The position numbers and the translations under genes were made by a program. The notes below the pieces were generated by a model, which did no database searches, was not told the DNA's origin, and was given only the letters and a program-made list of their open reading frames with translations. A DNA stretch of 64,000 bases from Nannocystales bacterium (lineage in GTDB: Bacteria > Myxococcota_A > Polyangia > Nannocystales > Nannocystaceae): positions 96,001-160,000 of the forward strand of contig JBOEGF010000023.1 in NCBI GenBank assembly GCA_050633305.1, written 5' to 3'. This document shows, in pieces, positions 18,504-29,181 of the stretch. Within the stretch, counting starts at the first letter, position 1; each line of letters starts with the position of its first letter.

Positions 18504-19184
18504 ATGCGGCGTTGCACCTTCGCTCTGATCGTCCTCGCGCTTGCTGGCTGCAGGCCAGACGTGCACATCCACGTCTACGACGACGATGGAGATGACACCG
18601 ACGGCACCCTCGATACGGACTCCGGCTTCTCGGGCTCTGCAAGCAATGCCGACACTTCCGCGAGCGACTCTGACGCTTCTGCCAGCGATTCCACCCCCAC
18701 AGCTTCCGCCTCAGCTTCCGCGTCAGCCTCAGCCTCAGCCAGCGCCAGCGACTCCGCCAGCGACGGCGACCCCAGTACGACCTCAGGGCCGACTTCGGAC
18801 AGTAACGGTTCGAGCAGCGACACCTCCGGTGGCGAAACCTCGGACGGTGGTGCCGCCTACCCGCAGCCAACCGACGGCGCGTGCCCAGACGGGTTCGGCT
18901 ACAACGCCGATGGGGGCTTCGAGTTCTGTGGACCGGAGTGCGGCGGTGGAAACACGTGTCCGGACACGACGACCGGCAACGTGTTGACCATGTGTGTCTT
19001 CAACCCCGACAGCTCGATGGCCGCGTGTGTCGCGGGCATGTGCGAGAACGTGGAGGAGGACTGCTTTGCCGGGGCGTGCATGCTCCCCGCCACGCACTGC
19101 GCACCGTTGTGCAGCACCGCCGACGCGGTGTGCCCCATCGGCATGGAGTGCACCAACAACAACGTATGCCGGTTCCCGATCTAG
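18504..19184 (+). CDS. Lipoprotein with (SA)n linker and Cys-rich C-terminal domain
   Basis: Lipobox LAGC, ASASASASAS tract, multiple Cys. Confidence 0.8.
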   Translation: MRRCTFALIVLALAGCRPDVHIHVYDDDGDDTDGTLDTDSGFSGSASNADTSASDSDASASDSTPTASASASASASASASASDSASDGDPSTTSGPTSDSNGSSSDTSGGETSDGGAAYPQPTDGACPDGFGYNADGGFEFCGPECGGGNTCPDTTTGNVLTMCVFNPDSSMAACVAGMCENVEEDCFAGACMLPATHCAPLCSTADAVCPIGMECTNNNVCRFPI

Positions 19185-20317
19185 GGGGCGGGCTCGTACT
19201 GAAGGATCCGCTCAACGACCGCGTCCTCGTCGTCGCTGAGGAACAGCAGGTCAAAGTAGTCGTGCCCCGCAGCGACGTGCTGCAGCAGGGGCCAAACGGG
19301 GCGCGTCTTGGTCCAGTGCTCCGTCCCTAGAAACACCATCGGTGCAGGCGCGCCGTACGAAGCGTAGTGGTTTTGCGCCGCGTCCTGGAAGATCTCCTGG
19401 GTGGTCCCCGCACTCCCAGGGGCGAACACCACACCGTAGTTGGCGACCGCAAGGAGGCCTTCTTCGCGAACGCTGTTGGCGAAGTACTTGGCGATCATCG
19501 TCGCGAACGCGGCGGGGGGCTCGTGGCCGTAGTGCCAGGTCGGAATGCCGAGACTGTCGAACCGATGGGGCTGCGGCAACGGCAGCTCCGTCCGAACCCG
19601 AATCGCGCGGTGCAGCCAATCCGCATCGGCGTACTCCTTTCCCGGGACGGCGCCGTTGGGCCGCGGAGACAGAATCGACAGCGCGTCTTGCAACCGGTCG
19701 TCGTCGTCGAAGTTGGCGAGATACGCACCCAAGTGGGTGGCCTCCATCGCCCCTGGCCCCCCGCCGGACAACATGAAATACCCGCGGCGGGCCAGCGTCC
19801 GAGCGATGCGAGCCACGGCCGCGTACATCGGGTCTCGACGCTCCATGCTGTGGCCACCCATGATCGCCACGACCTTCCGCCCATCGAGCGCCTCCTCGAG
19901 CGCGTCGGTGATGCTGTGATCGTGGAGCCGCCTGGCGAGCGAGACCTCGATCGACACCGGCCGGTGCGCCCCCTGCTCGACGTACTGCAAGTACACCTCG
20001 TGATCGAGGGTCTTGGTCTGCGCCGCGGGGTCGTCGAGGTCGAAGTCCGCGAACAGCTCGCCCGGGGTGTACAGCGCCCGGCGGTGGGTCGAGAACTGGA
20101 AGTGCTCGCGATTCTTCAACACCACGGCCCCGGTGTTGACGAGATGCCCAGCCTCCAGATCCGTCATCTCGCAGCCGAGGAACAACGAGCCAGGAAAGGC
20201 TTGCCCACCGAACTCCTCCGCGAAGGGCCGCAGGTCCAGTTCCTGAACCGCAGCTGCGGGTCGATCGGACTCAGCAAGCCATGCAACCAGATCCTCGGAC
20301 GTCTCAATCTCTCGCAC
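19181..20317 (-). CDS. LOG/Rossmann-fold nucleotide-binding protein (long form)
   Basis: VAIMGGH, SGGGPGAMEA, IPTWHYGHEPP, KYFANSVREEGL, PGSAGTTQEIF. Confidence 0.88.
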   Translation of the reverse strand: MREIETSEDLVAWLAESDRPAAAVQELDLRPFAEEFGGQAFPGSLFLGCEMTDLEAGHLVNTGAVVLKNREHFQFSTHRRALYTPGELFADFDLDDPAAQTKTLDHEVYLQYVEQGAHRPVSIEVSLARRLHDHSITDALEEALDGRKVVAIMGGHSMERRDPMYAAVARIARTLARRGYFMLSGGGPGAMEATHLGAYLANFDDDDRLQDALSILSPRPNGAVPGKEYADADWLHRAIRVRTELPLPQPHRFDSLGIPTWHYGHEPPAAFATMIAKYFANSVREEGLLAVANYGVVFAPGSAGTTQEIFQDAAQNHYASYGAPAPMVFLGTEHWTKTRPVWPLLQHVAAGHDYFDLLFLSDDEDAVVERILQYEPAP

Positions 20318-20327
20318 GAACGCAAGC

Positions 20328-20906
20328 CTACTCGCCGCGGAGAAACGCGAGCAAGCCTTTGCGGACCTGTTCTCGGCTCTTCCATCGGTCGCCGCGCGCC
20401 GAATCTCCGCTGGGGCCTCCGCCCGAATCGAGCGCGTAGTAGACCGGGATCACGGGCGCGTCGAACCCCAGGTCGTCGAGGTCTTCGCCCCAAACATCGC
20501 TGTCGGCCCGCAACAGGATCACGCCTCCGAGCTGGGCTTTGACCCCGTCTTCGGCCAAGAGTGCTTTGGCCCGTTTGCACGGAGGACACCACGGCGCGCC
20601 CATCTCCAGCACCACCCGTTGGCCTTTGTTGGCCCCGCGCTTGGCGTGGAGCCGCAGTTGTTGTTGCAGCGGGCCCGCGGAGGGCTTCAGTTCCACAACC
20701 GACAGCGCAGCAGCGGGCTCGGGGTCGTCCGCGGGAACTGGCTCCGGTTGTGGCTCGGGCTCGGGCTTCGGCTCAGCTTCGCCCGGCTGTTCCTCCGACA
20801 CCACCAGGGGCCTGGTCTGAGGCGTTTTCGCCGTGTCCGTGGGTTGCGACGCGGAGACATCACAGCCCAGCACGAGCCAACAGGAGGCGAACAAGATGCG
20901 TTTCAT
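20328..20906 (-). CDS. Thioredoxin-family lipoprotein
   Basis: MKRILFASCWLVLGC signal, GAPWCPPCK active site, 1-nt overlap with the upstream stop. Confidence 0.85.
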   Translation of the reverse strand: MKRILFASCWLVLGCDVSASQPTDTAKTPQTRPLVVSEEQPGEAEPKPEPEPQPEPVPADDPEPAAALSVVELKPSAGPLQQQLRLHAKRGANKGQRVVLEMGAPWCPPCKRAKALLAEDGVKAQLGGVILLRADSDVWGEDLDDLGFDAPVIPVYYALDSGGGPSGDSARGDRWKSREQVRKGLLAFLRGE

Positions 20907-22168
20907 CAGGCGGGACCTTTCTTGCGGCCTTGCTCGATCCAAGTTTTTAGCAAGACGATGTCGTCCATGGGGATCGGCGGAAGGCCAAGCGGCATTCCTC
21001 GGATGCCCTCCACCGGCTTCCCGGCGACTTCCGCATGCCGGGCCAGCAGGTGCGCGACGATCCGAGGCTGGCCATCCACCTCCTTGAACACACTGCGTCG
21101 CTTTCCATCGTCGTCGAGGCTGCCCGAACGCAGCCCCGCATAGGTCGACAGATCGAGGGCGCGCTTGGGGAAGCCGAAGCCCCCGTCGTACCCCGGGCCA
21201 CCATCGCCGATGACCACGTCCGGATCGGAGTGACAGTGGCGACAAATCTTGCCGAAGATGCGCTCGTGGACCTCTGCGTAGGTGACCGCTCGATCGAGCA
21301 CAGGGGGCAACACCGGCGCTTCGCCTGTGGGGACGGGTGCGAGCTCGGCCTCTTGCAGGTACGCCGCCATGTCGATCGCCTCGCCCCTCGTCACGCCGAG
21401 CGAAGGCATCGAGGCATCGGGCTTGACCGCCTTGGGATCGACAATCCAGGCGACCATGGCCGCGGGACGCATGCGTTCGCGGGCGAAGCGGAGGTCGGGC
21501 GCCATTTTTTGCCCGCGGGCGAAGACGTCCGGCGCAAGCGGCTGGGGCGTGGGACGTGCCGCGAGGGATGGGACGCCCGTCATCCGGTGGCAGGAAGCGC
21601 AGCCTTTCGACTCCAGCAACGCCCGTCCTCGCGTGGCATCGCCGGACTCGGGGACCGGCGCTTCCGCGGTCGGCACCAAGAATGCCGCGATCGCCTCTGC
21701 ATCCTGCTCTGGCATCGCGAAGCGCGGCATGCTCGCCAACAGGTTCGGGCGGACATCGTGCGCATCGGGCAAGAAACCAGCGACCCATGCACGGGAAAAA
21801 CGCTCGGTGCTCGTGAGGCTGGGGACCTCATCGAGCGACTGGAGTCGGCCCTGCCACTGCGCCAACTCCTCGGGGGTTGCCTCGAACGAGCCTGCGAGGA
21901 TCTGCTGGTGGCATCCCGCACAGTCGTAGTCGAGCTCGGGCGGCTCCACACCTGCGATGTCGTGACACCGATTGCACTGATACTGCGAAACCAATTCATG
22001 CCCGCGCTCGATCGTCGCAGCATCGGCGCCCACCTCCGGCAACCGCTCCGGTGGCGTCACGCCAGCGTCGACAGGAGGAGTGCGACGGGACTCCGTGACC
22101 TCCTGCGACGGGGTCTCGGAGTCACACGCCCCGAAGAGCAGCGCAAGGATGAGCAGGCCTCGGCGCAT
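20906..22168 (-). CDS. Tetraheme cytochrome c lipoprotein
   Basis: Lipobox LFGAC; four CxxCH (CNRCH, CAGCH, CASCH, CRHCH) with downstream MP motifs. Confidence 0.88.
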   Translation of the reverse strand: MRRGLLILALLFGACDSETPSQEVTESRRTPPVDAGVTPPERLPEVGADAATIERGHELVSQYQCNRCHDIAGVEPPELDYDCAGCHQQILAGSFEATPEELAQWQGRLQSLDEVPSLTSTERFSRAWVAGFLPDAHDVRPNLLASMPRFAMPEQDAEAIAAFLVPTAEAPVPESGDATRGRALLESKGCASCHRMTGVPSLAARPTPQPLAPDVFARGQKMAPDLRFARERMRPAAMVAWIVDPKAVKPDASMPSLGVTRGEAIDMAAYLQEAELAPVPTGEAPVLPPVLDRAVTYAEVHERIFGKICRHCHSDPDVVIGDGGPGYDGGFGFPKRALDLSTYAGLRSGSLDDDGKRRSVFKEVDGQPRIVAHLLARHAEVAGKPVEGIRGMPLGLPPIPMDDIVLLKTWIEQGRKKGPA

Positions 22169-22809
22169 CAGGCCACCGTGCAAATGTCGTCGCCTTCACC
22201 CAACTCGCGACAACGCTGCAGCGAAAGGTCCATCCCCGACACATCCCCAAGCCGTTGTTGTCCCTGAGCGAGCAGCGCAAACCCACGAGCAGTGGGCATC
22301 AGGTCATCGTTGGCGAGCTGGCTGAGCAACTCGACCGCCTGTGCATCCCCACCGGGCTGATGCATCAGCGCCTCGGCCAGGTACGTGCGCAAGAGGAGGT
22401 TGTCGGGCTCGGCGGCGGACTGAATCTCGAGGACGCTTGTGGCCCAGGCGAGGTTGCCCATCCGTCCGTCCGCGGTCTTGCCACGCATGCCTTTGCCGAG
22501 GTCGACCGCACCGTCCGAACGGACAGCCGCGAGGGCGATCGTCCGCTGAGCCCGATTGAAGAGCGCCTTCCCCGAGTCCGGCTCCCCGGTTGCGGCCGTG
22601 AACTTGCGGAAGCGCTTCCTCGCAAGCTTGGCCGCCCTCGACGTCTGGCCTCTAGCCAGCATGTGCTCGGCACGGTTCACGTCCTGCAGCTTGTGGTCGA
22701 CCTTCTGAACCCTGCGCCGCTTCATCCGCAGACACGCGTCCGCCCCTGAAGGGACCGCCATGCCCACCACCACCATCAGACCTGCCACCACTACGCCCTT
22801 CATCTTCAT
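22168..22809 (-). CDS. Secreted TPR-like helical protein
   Basis: Signal peptide ending ADA-C, helical repeats, 1-nt overlap with the cytochrome gene. Confidence 0.7.
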   Translation of the reverse strand: MKMKGVVVAGLMVVVGMAVPSGADACLRMKRRRVQKVDHKLQDVNRAEHMLARGQTSRAAKLARKRFRKFTAATGEPDSGKALFNRAQRTIALAAVRSDGAVDLGKGMRGKTADGRMGNLAWATSVLEIQSAAEPDNLLLRTYLAEALMHQPGGDAQAVELLSQLANDDLMPTARGFALLAQGQQRLGDVSGMDLSLQRCRELGEGDDICTVA

Positions 22810-23046
22810 CGTCGTCGGAACCTCCGTAGGGCTCACACGCATGAGAAGCGCAGAGGTTTTCCACCGATTGCAGAAACATCCCCGTTTCTGCCGTGTCCTC
22901 CGCCCAAGTCCCAGGAACCCGTCCGTCATCTCCCCTCGTCACCTGCGCCCTACGCGCATCGTACAGCGCGAATGCGCCCAACGACCGCTCCCGCAGCACT
23001 GCGCGTCGTCCATCCGCTCGGCAGACGCGGTGTACATTCCGGCCCG

Positions 23047-24354
23047 ATGAGCTCGCTGCTTGCGACCACCCCCCAAGCATTTGTGGACCAGCTGCGTAGC
23101 GTCGGAGGCCGAGGCTATGTGGTCCGCCGCGCCGAGTCCGGGAAACTCGAGAGCTCGCACCCCCTGCTCGACCCGATTCGCGAGTTGTTCGAGCACGACA
23201 CCCGCGACTTTCTCGACCACGAGGGTGTGTTCTTCGAGGTTGGTGCCGACAGTGGCGCGCTTCTGACCGCGTTCGTGCACCGAACCCGACGGGGTCAAGC
23301 GGCCGGCGGCCTGCGTCATTGGCCCTACCCCACGCTCGAAGCTCTAGTTCGCGACGGGCTCCGGCTGGCGGTGGGCATGACCCGAAAGAACGCGATGGCC
23401 GGGCTGTGGTGGGGCGGCGGCAAGGGCATCATCGCCCGGCGGGACGATGTCGACTGGCAAGACCGCGCCTATCGAGACCTCGTCTATACCGAGTACGGCC
23501 GCTTCGTGAGCTCATTGGGAGGCTGCTACGTCACGGCCGAGGACGCGGGCACCACCCCTGCGGACATGCGAGCGGTGTTCGAAGGCACCCGCCACACCAC
23601 GTGCATTCCCGCCGAACAGGGCGGCTCGGGCAACCCGTCGGGACCCACCGCCGTCGGCGTCGTCTGTGCCATGGAAGCCGCGCTCGACGTCACCGGTCGC
23701 GGCACACTGGTCGGAAAGCGCATCGCAATGCAGGGTGCGGGAAACGTCGCGACGTTCATGATGTCTGCGCTCCTCGAGCGCGGCGTGGCTTCGATCATCG
23801 CCTCGGACATCAGCGAGTCTCGGATCGCCGAGCTCCGGTCTCGGTTCGAGGGCGCGCCCGTCGAGCTCCGACACTGCGCCCCCGACGACCTCTCGATCTT
23901 CGAAACCGCGTGCGATGTGTTCGCGCCCAACGCCCTGGGCGGCATCCTCAACCCAGGAACCATCGAGCGACTCAACACCAGCATCGTCTGCGGCGCCGCG
24001 AACAACCAGCTGCTCGATGACAAGCGAGACATGGACGCCCTGGTGCGTCGCAAGATCGTCTACGTGCCCGACTTTGTCGCGAACCGGATGGGCATCGTGA
24101 ACTGCGCGAACGAGGCGTACGGCCACGTTCCGAACGACCCCGCGATCGCACGCCACCTCGAGCGAGACTGGGAGCAGAGCGTGTTCAACATGACTCGGCG
24201 TGTCCTCCTGCGTGCGCAGGAAACCGACACAACCACGGCCGAGGCCGCGAACGCACTGGCGGACGAGCTCGGCGCACAGCTCCATCCGATCTGGCCGCTG
24301 CGGGGCCAGCAGATCATCGAGGGGCTGGTCGGCAACGACTGGGCGAAGCCGTAG
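23047..24354 (+). CDS. Glu/Leu/Phe/Val dehydrogenase (leucine dehydrogenase-like)
   Basis: GMTRKNA, GGGKG, YVTAEDAGT, QGAGNV, CDVFAPNALGG, GAANNQL, YVPDFVANRMG. Confidence 0.93.
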   Translation: MSSLLATTPQAFVDQLRSVGGRGYVVRRAESGKLESSHPLLDPIRELFEHDTRDFLDHEGVFFEVGADSGALLTAFVHRTRRGQAAGGLRHWPYPTLEALVRDGLRLAVGMTRKNAMAGLWWGGGKGIIARRDDVDWQDRAYRDLVYTEYGRFVSSLGGCYVTAEDAGTTPADMRAVFEGTRHTTCIPAEQGGSGNPSGPTAVGVVCAMEAALDVTGRGTLVGKRIAMQGAGNVATFMMSALLERGVASIIASDISESRIAELRSRFEGAPVELRHCAPDDLSIFETACDVFAPNALGGILNPGTIERLNTSIVCGAANNQLLDDKRDMDALVRRKIVYVPDFVANRMGIVNCANEAYGHVPNDPAIARHLERDWEQSVFNMTRRVLLRAQETDTTTAEAANALADELGAQLHPIWPLRGQQIIEGLVGNDWAKP

Positions 24355-24973
24355 CGACTGCTTCACGAAGCGACTGGTCACGTCTTCGATTGCCTTCACA
24401 TCCGTCGCGCCACGTCGCAACCGCGGCCACTCCCCGGTGCAACCGAGGAGCATCGAGGGACCTTGCGTGGACACGCGCCGCCGTCGAAGGTCAGTCCGAG
24501 AGCTGTCGCCACTGCCTGCCGCGCCCAAGCGAGCGCCGACCTCCTGGGCGGTCGCTGCAGGCGTGTCCCCGAACCGGTTTGCCGAGGGCGCCGCGATCCC
24601 AACCGTGCATCGCTGCGTTCCGTAAGCGCGCGAAGCAACCGCGTCTGAAGTGGGAAAAGCTGTTCGGCCTGCCCCTGGCGGGTTTGGTCAAATCGGGACT
24701 TCGGCGCGGCACTGGGCTTCGTCGCGGAACATGAGGGTCCCCGGCCCGCCCTCGGTACGACATCGCGAAGACGAAGCTCCGGCCGCCGCAATGCGACGTG
24801 ATGAGTGCTGCGCAAACTCGTAGGCCGTCGTGTGCGCCTTGACATGGCACGTCCCCCGAAACGCTGTGACGGGGCGTGGTTAGTGACCGATGGCCCGTCC
24901 GAAGAATTCTTCGACTTCAACGCTACGCGGCGATGGCTGTCACGTCGCACATCCCGAAGAGACGAGTTTGCCA

Positions 24974-26152
24974 ATGTACTTTCGATATGTCGTTGCTGTG
25001 GTCCTGTGTGCTTGCTCGGCGGGCGGTGATGCCGACGGCACCGAGCCGTCAACAGACGCTGGAACAGGCGGAACAGGCGACGGTCCGCACGGCGCGACAG
25101 GAGGGAGTGGGGTCGAAGTCGAGGCCGAGGCCGAGACCGAGGCGTCTGCAGTCACGACGACGTCTGCAGACTCGGGTCAGGCAGAGGGCGACAGCGACAC
25201 GACTGGGGGCCAGGACGTCGCCGAGATCGTTGCTTTGTCCAGTGCCGCTGCTCATCGCTGTGCGGTCATCGAAGGCGGGACGTTGTGGTGCTGGGGCCGA
25301 AACGACGACGGAGAGCTGGGCAACGGTCAGCGCGGGGGCCTCAGCCCTGTGCCGGTCCAAGTGATCTCGAGCGCTGTGTTCACGTCGGTTGCCGTCGGCT
25401 CTTTCGGCGGGGGTAACTCGATCGCAGTTTCGGATGACGGAACCGTGTGGCGCTGGGGAGAGCGCGCAACCTCGGTCCCCACCGAAGTGTTGGGGTTGCC
25501 GCCCGCGGTCGGAGTTGCCACCGGCAGCGCCGAGCACTGCATCATTGCCGAGGACGCGAGTCTGTGGTGCTGGAGCCCGCTGGAAGCACCATCGCAGTCC
25601 GAAGTCTCGGGCGTTGTCGACGTGACACATACCAGTGCCGGTTTTCATTTCTGTGCCGCGTCGTCGGACGGGGTTGTTCGGTGTCGCGGCGGCAATGACG
25701 ACGGGCAGCTGGGTACGACCGACCCTGTGGGTTTCGTGATGGGACCACCAAGCGGCGGCCCGGTCCGTGACCTCCGGACATGGAGTTCGCGAGCAAACCT
25801 CCAACTCCACGGAGGGTCGTGCCTCGTCCCTGCCGACGGGACCTTGTGGTGCTGGGGCGCAGCGGCGGGAGTGAACGGTTCGGAAGCTCAGCAGATTGCG
25901 GGCCTGAGCAACCTGGCGAGTATCGGCAGCACCCGCGGCCCCTACCTCCGACAGGACAGCACCGTGATGATCGACCGCGACGGAACGCTCGAGCTGCTGT
26001 TGGACGACGTCACGTTGATCGGTCCGTCGTGCGCTGCCAAGGACGACGGAACGATCTGGTGCTGGGGCTCGAACGCCAACGGCGGCCTGGGCGATGGCAC
26101 CGTGGACGACAGCGACGATCCGGTTCAAGTGACGCCGAGCTGGCTGGAATAG
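24974..26152 (+). CDS. RCC1/BLIP-II repeat lipoprotein
   Basis: Lipobox VLCAC; repeats LWCWGRNDDGELGNG and IWCWGSNANGGLGDG. Confidence 0.85.
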   Translation: MYFRYVVAVVLCACSAGGDADGTEPSTDAGTGGTGDGPHGATGGSGVEVEAEAETEASAVTTTSADSGQAEGDSDTTGGQDVAEIVALSSAAAHRCAVIEGGTLWCWGRNDDGELGNGQRGGLSPVPVQVISSAVFTSVAVGSFGGGNSIAVSDDGTVWRWGERATSVPTEVLGLPPAVGVATGSAEHCIIAEDASLWCWSPLEAPSQSEVSGVVDVTHTSAGFHFCAASSDGVVRCRGGNDDGQLGTTDPVGFVMGPPSGGPVRDLRTWSSRANLQLHGGSCLVPADGTLWCWGAAAGVNGSEAQQIAGLSNLASIGSTRGPYLRQDSTVMIDRDGTLELLLDDVTLIGPSCAAKDDGTIWCWGSNANGGLGDGTVDDSDDPVQVTPSWLE

Positions 26153-26300
26153 TCGGCCGTCGCTCAGATCCACAGGGTCGGGGGGCTAGCGAGGGCGGCG
26201 TACGACGAGGCAGATCGTGTTGGGCACGCCCCACCCGCCAGCGACAACCGGACGCGGACTTCCGTCTGTCTCGTCCAGTTGGGTCGAAGCGCCGCCGTCC

Positions 26301-26480
26301 AGGCGATTAGGCGAAAGAAGCGGGAAAAAGGCGGTGCGAAAGAGTACGGCTTCCCGCCCGCGAGGCCGGTGGTCGCGGAGCGCGCCAGGGCCGGCTTTTG
26401 GATTGGGCCTGAGCGTGGCGGAGCGAAGCCATCGGCGAAAAAAAGCGGGCCCGATGGGCTGCGTGAAGCCACGCGGCCCA
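26301..26480. repeat. Dispersed intergenic repeat, copy A
   Basis: Aligns along its length with 31741-31918 (shared AAGAGTACGGCTTCC, TCGCGGAGCG, GGATTGGG, GAGCGAAG, GCGGGCCCG, GCGTGAAG). Confidence 0.8.
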
Positions 26481-26488
26481 AGTGAGGA

Positions 26489-27400
26489 TCAGCCCGCGCA
26501 GAACCCCACGGCGTCGTAGGCTGGGAGGGGGGAGCCGTAGTCGACACACGTCTCGCCCTTCGCACATGCGGGGGCGTCGAGGTCGCACAGCTGCGTGCAA
26601 CAGCGCTCGCCATCCCCGCCGCATTGCGGGGCATCGAGGCAGCCGTAACCAGGTTCGCACTCGGCGTGAGCGTCGCAGTCGCCGTCGGTGCCCTCGAGCT
26701 CGGCGAGGTGGCAGGCAAACCCAATGCCGATGGCGGGCATACAGGTGTGGCCTGCTGGGCAAGCGGGGGCGAGAGGGTCGCACTGCTCCTCGCAAACCCC
26801 GACATCGGGTTCTCCGGGGATCACGCACAGTGTCCCCTCCAGGCAGGGTCCGGCGTTGCAAATCTGATGGCAGACGCCGGTGAGGTCGAGCTTGTCGTCC
26901 GCGTTCTCGGGTCCGCACCACAGACCCGTGGCGCAGTTGTCGATGCCCGACACGAACCCGCCCTCGGCCTGGCAGGGCTCTCCGAGACCCACGGCGTTGG
27001 GATCGAGCGGGACGCAACGTACACCGGTCCAGACGCGGCCCCCATCGTTGGCCCACGGCATGCATTTGCCGTCCTCTCCACAGCCTTGTTCCGAGAAGTC
27101 ACATTCGGAGCCACTGGGGCCGGGGGGCTGCGGGCACGTGAAGCCGCACCCTCCGGTCGTCGCGTAGCCTTCGTCGGCGCCTTCAGTCTCCCAGCCGATG
27201 GGCGAGGTGGTCGTGCCCTCGTTGTCCGGAAGGCCGGTTGTGGTGTCCTCGCCCGACGAAGCGCTGGTCGAGGGGGCCGACGTCGCGCTCTGGGCTGACG
27301 TGGAGCCATCACTGCCGGACGAGGACGTCTCGGTCGGCTCGGTGTCGACGGCCGAACTACACCCAACCCCGAGGGCAACGGGCAGGAGCCATCGCCTCAT
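26489..27400 (-). CDS. Cys-rich lipoprotein of a myxobacterial paralog family
   Basis: Lipobox LGVGC, S/T linker, ECD..EQGC..KCMPWANDGG..W, multiple Cys repeats. ATGA overlap with the DUF2330 gene. Confidence 0.8.
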   Translation of the reverse strand: MRRWLLPVALGVGCSSAVDTEPTETSSSGSDGSTSAQSATSAPSTSASSGEDTTTGLPDNEGTTTSPIGWETEGADEGYATTGGCGFTCPQPPGPSGSECDFSEQGCGEDGKCMPWANDGGRVWTGVRCVPLDPNAVGLGEPCQAEGGFVSGIDNCATGLWCGPENADDKLDLTGVCHQICNAGPCLEGTLCVIPGEPDVGVCEEQCDPLAPACPAGHTCMPAIGIGFACHLAELEGTDGDCDAHAECEPGYGCLDAPQCGGDGERCCTQLCDLDAPACAKGETCVDYGSPLPAYDAVGFCAG

Positions 27401-29181
27401 CGTCGACGCCTCCGCAGGGCGGCAACCCCTAGGCCAAGCAAAGCGGTAAGCCATCCCGGGGTGCCTCCCGACGTCCGGCAGCCACCGTCATCGTCGAGGC
27501 CTCCCGCCGCGCCGCCCGTACTGCTACCGCTGCCGTCCGGACCCGCGGTGGTGTTTGCCCCTCCATCGCCGCTGGGGAACCCGGAGGAGCTCCCCTCGCC
27601 CGTTTCGGGGCCGGTACCCGTGCCCCCATCGCACTCGCTCTGCACGCTCGCGTTGTGGGCTGCAAGCTGGAGGTTGATCGTCTCGAGGTTGTCGATCTCG
27701 TTCGCCGGCAGACCGCCGGGCTGATACTGCTGCACGACGGTGGCGTAGGGCATGTCGCTGGACCAGCCCGGCCACGAGCCACTCGGTCCCACGCGCACGC
27801 TGGCCCCATCGGGGAGCACCACGGTGTCGTCACAACACTCGTCGGTGTTGCGCTGGGCGCCCCAGATGTTGGGCACCACGCTCAGTCCGTCGACCTCCGC
27901 GAACATCGGATCGAATGCCATCTCCGAGGGGGAGATCCGGCTGTAGAGGCGGGTCAGGTACGGCCAGGTCTCCAGCAGGTCGGTGGCATGGTCCCTCGGG
28001 TCGGTGATGTATTCACGGTACCGGGCAATGAATGCGTCCTCGTCCCAGGCGTCGAGATCGACGAACCCCTCGTAGCAGCTCAAGCACGCGTAGAAGACGT
28101 TGGGGTCGACGCCGTCGGGGGCGGGGACAAACTCGCGCAGCAGGAGGGGGATCAGCTCGTGGCTGTACGCGCAGGAGTCGGTGCATTGGAGGAGGCCCTG
28201 CGTCTGCAGGACGCTCACCACCGAAAGGGGGTCGACGCCCTCGAAGTCGCTCGCCTCGAGGCTCGTGGTGTCTAGCCCGGTGGGGTCGACGATGTCGCTG
28301 TCGCCCGCGTACTCGGTGACGAACGCTCGGCCGCCCGCTTCGTCGAGGGCCCGTGAGACAACGGAGCCGTAGTTCGCGGCGCGTTGCAACCAGTCGAGCC
28401 GCACCTGGTTGAGCCGCACGTGACGGTAGTTGGTCGGCAGCACCCGTGCTTCGCCCAGAAACAGCGCGCGGATGTCCATGTCTTCCTGAGCGGCGACCGC
28501 GGTGAGCCTCAGCGGAATGCAGGGCTCGGTACCCTCGTAGCGGATGACGATCGGATGCAGATCCTCGATCCCCGAGAGGTGCCGCAGGCGGAATGCGACG
28601 AAGACCGACCCCTCGTCGATATAGGCGTCGAAGATCCCGGCGGCCAGCGGGTTCGGGGCGTAGCCGTTGTCAGCCAGCCACTGCATCATCGAATCGGCCG
28701 TGCCGCCCTGCAGGATCACGTACTCGAAGGCGCCGGCCGTGGAGAGCTCGAGGACTTCGGGATCGGGGTCGATCGAGACGCCTCCGCCGTCGGGATCGCT
28801 GATGAAGCCGCTGGAGATGCCGGTGTCCCCCGGCACGCACTCGTTGGTCCCGGTGGTGATGCCGTAGCTGGGCACGGTGGCGTTGCGCAGCGCATTGATG
28901 AAGTCGAGGGAGCCGACGTCGACCTCGGGCATCACCGGCACCGGCACGATCCACGAGAACTGGGAGGCGTCGCCGCCGTCGTAGTTGATCTGGACGTGGG
29001 CTTCGACGAACCCGCCGCCCTGGGCGAAAACGATGGTCTCTCCGGTCTGGTCGACGGGCATACCGCCGGCGCCGGTGTCACAGAAGGTCCCGCCACACGC
29101 TATCGCGGAGGCGGGCGCGGCCAGATGCGCGACAAGGGCGATCGCCGGGCCGCTGAGCAGAGCAGTCCAAGGTCGGGGCAT
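27397..29181 (-). CDS. DUF2330-domain protein with MYXO-CTERM tail
   Basis: AIACGGTFCD, FSWIVPVP, WLADNGY, PCIPLRLTAVAA; C-terminus GGCRT...LLGLGVAALRRRRR. Confidence 0.88.
   Translation of the reverse strand: MPRPWTALLSGPAIALVAHLAAPASAIACGGTFCDTGAGGMPVDQTGETIVFAQGGGFVEAHVQINYDGGDASQFSWIVPVPVMPEVDVGSLDFINALRNATVPSYGITTGTNECVPGDTGISSGFISDPDGGGVSIDPDPEVLELSTAGAFEYVILQGGTADSMMQWLADNGYAPNPLAAGIFDAYIDEGSVFVAFRLRHLSGIEDLHPIVIRYEGTEPCIPLRLTAVAAQEDMDIRALFLGEARVLPTNYRHVRLNQVRLDWLQRAANYGSVVSRALDEAGGRAFVTEYAGDSDIVDPTGLDTTSLEASDFEGVDPLSVVSVLQTQGLLQCTDSCAYSHELIPLLLREFVPAPDGVDPNVFYACLSCYEGFVDLDAWDEDAFIARYREYITDPRDHATDLLETWPYLTRLYSRISPSEMAFDPMFAEVDGLSVVPNIWGAQRNTDECCDDTVVLPDGASVRVGPSGSWPGWSSDMPYATVVQQYQPGGLPANEIDNLETINLQLAAHNASVQSECDGGTGTGPETGEGSSSGFPSGDGGANTTAGPDGSGSSTGGAAGGLDDDGGCRTSGGTPGWLTALLGLGVAALRRRRR

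Noticed and set aside
18660..18760. GCYTCM-type tandem repeats (also 11893-11958 and the poly-Thr tract near 61240-61300)
   Set aside because: They encode ordinary low-complexity linkers (SA, EP, T) with synonymous variation.
20328..21788. 486-aa thioredoxin ORF
   Set aside because: The upstream part is an alternate frame of the cytochrome gene; the lipoprotein start is 20906.
24355..24973. About 600-bp intergenic gap as possible ncRNA or riboswitch
   Set aside because: No recognisable RNA family motif, repeat or coding signal by eye; an Rfam scan would be needed.
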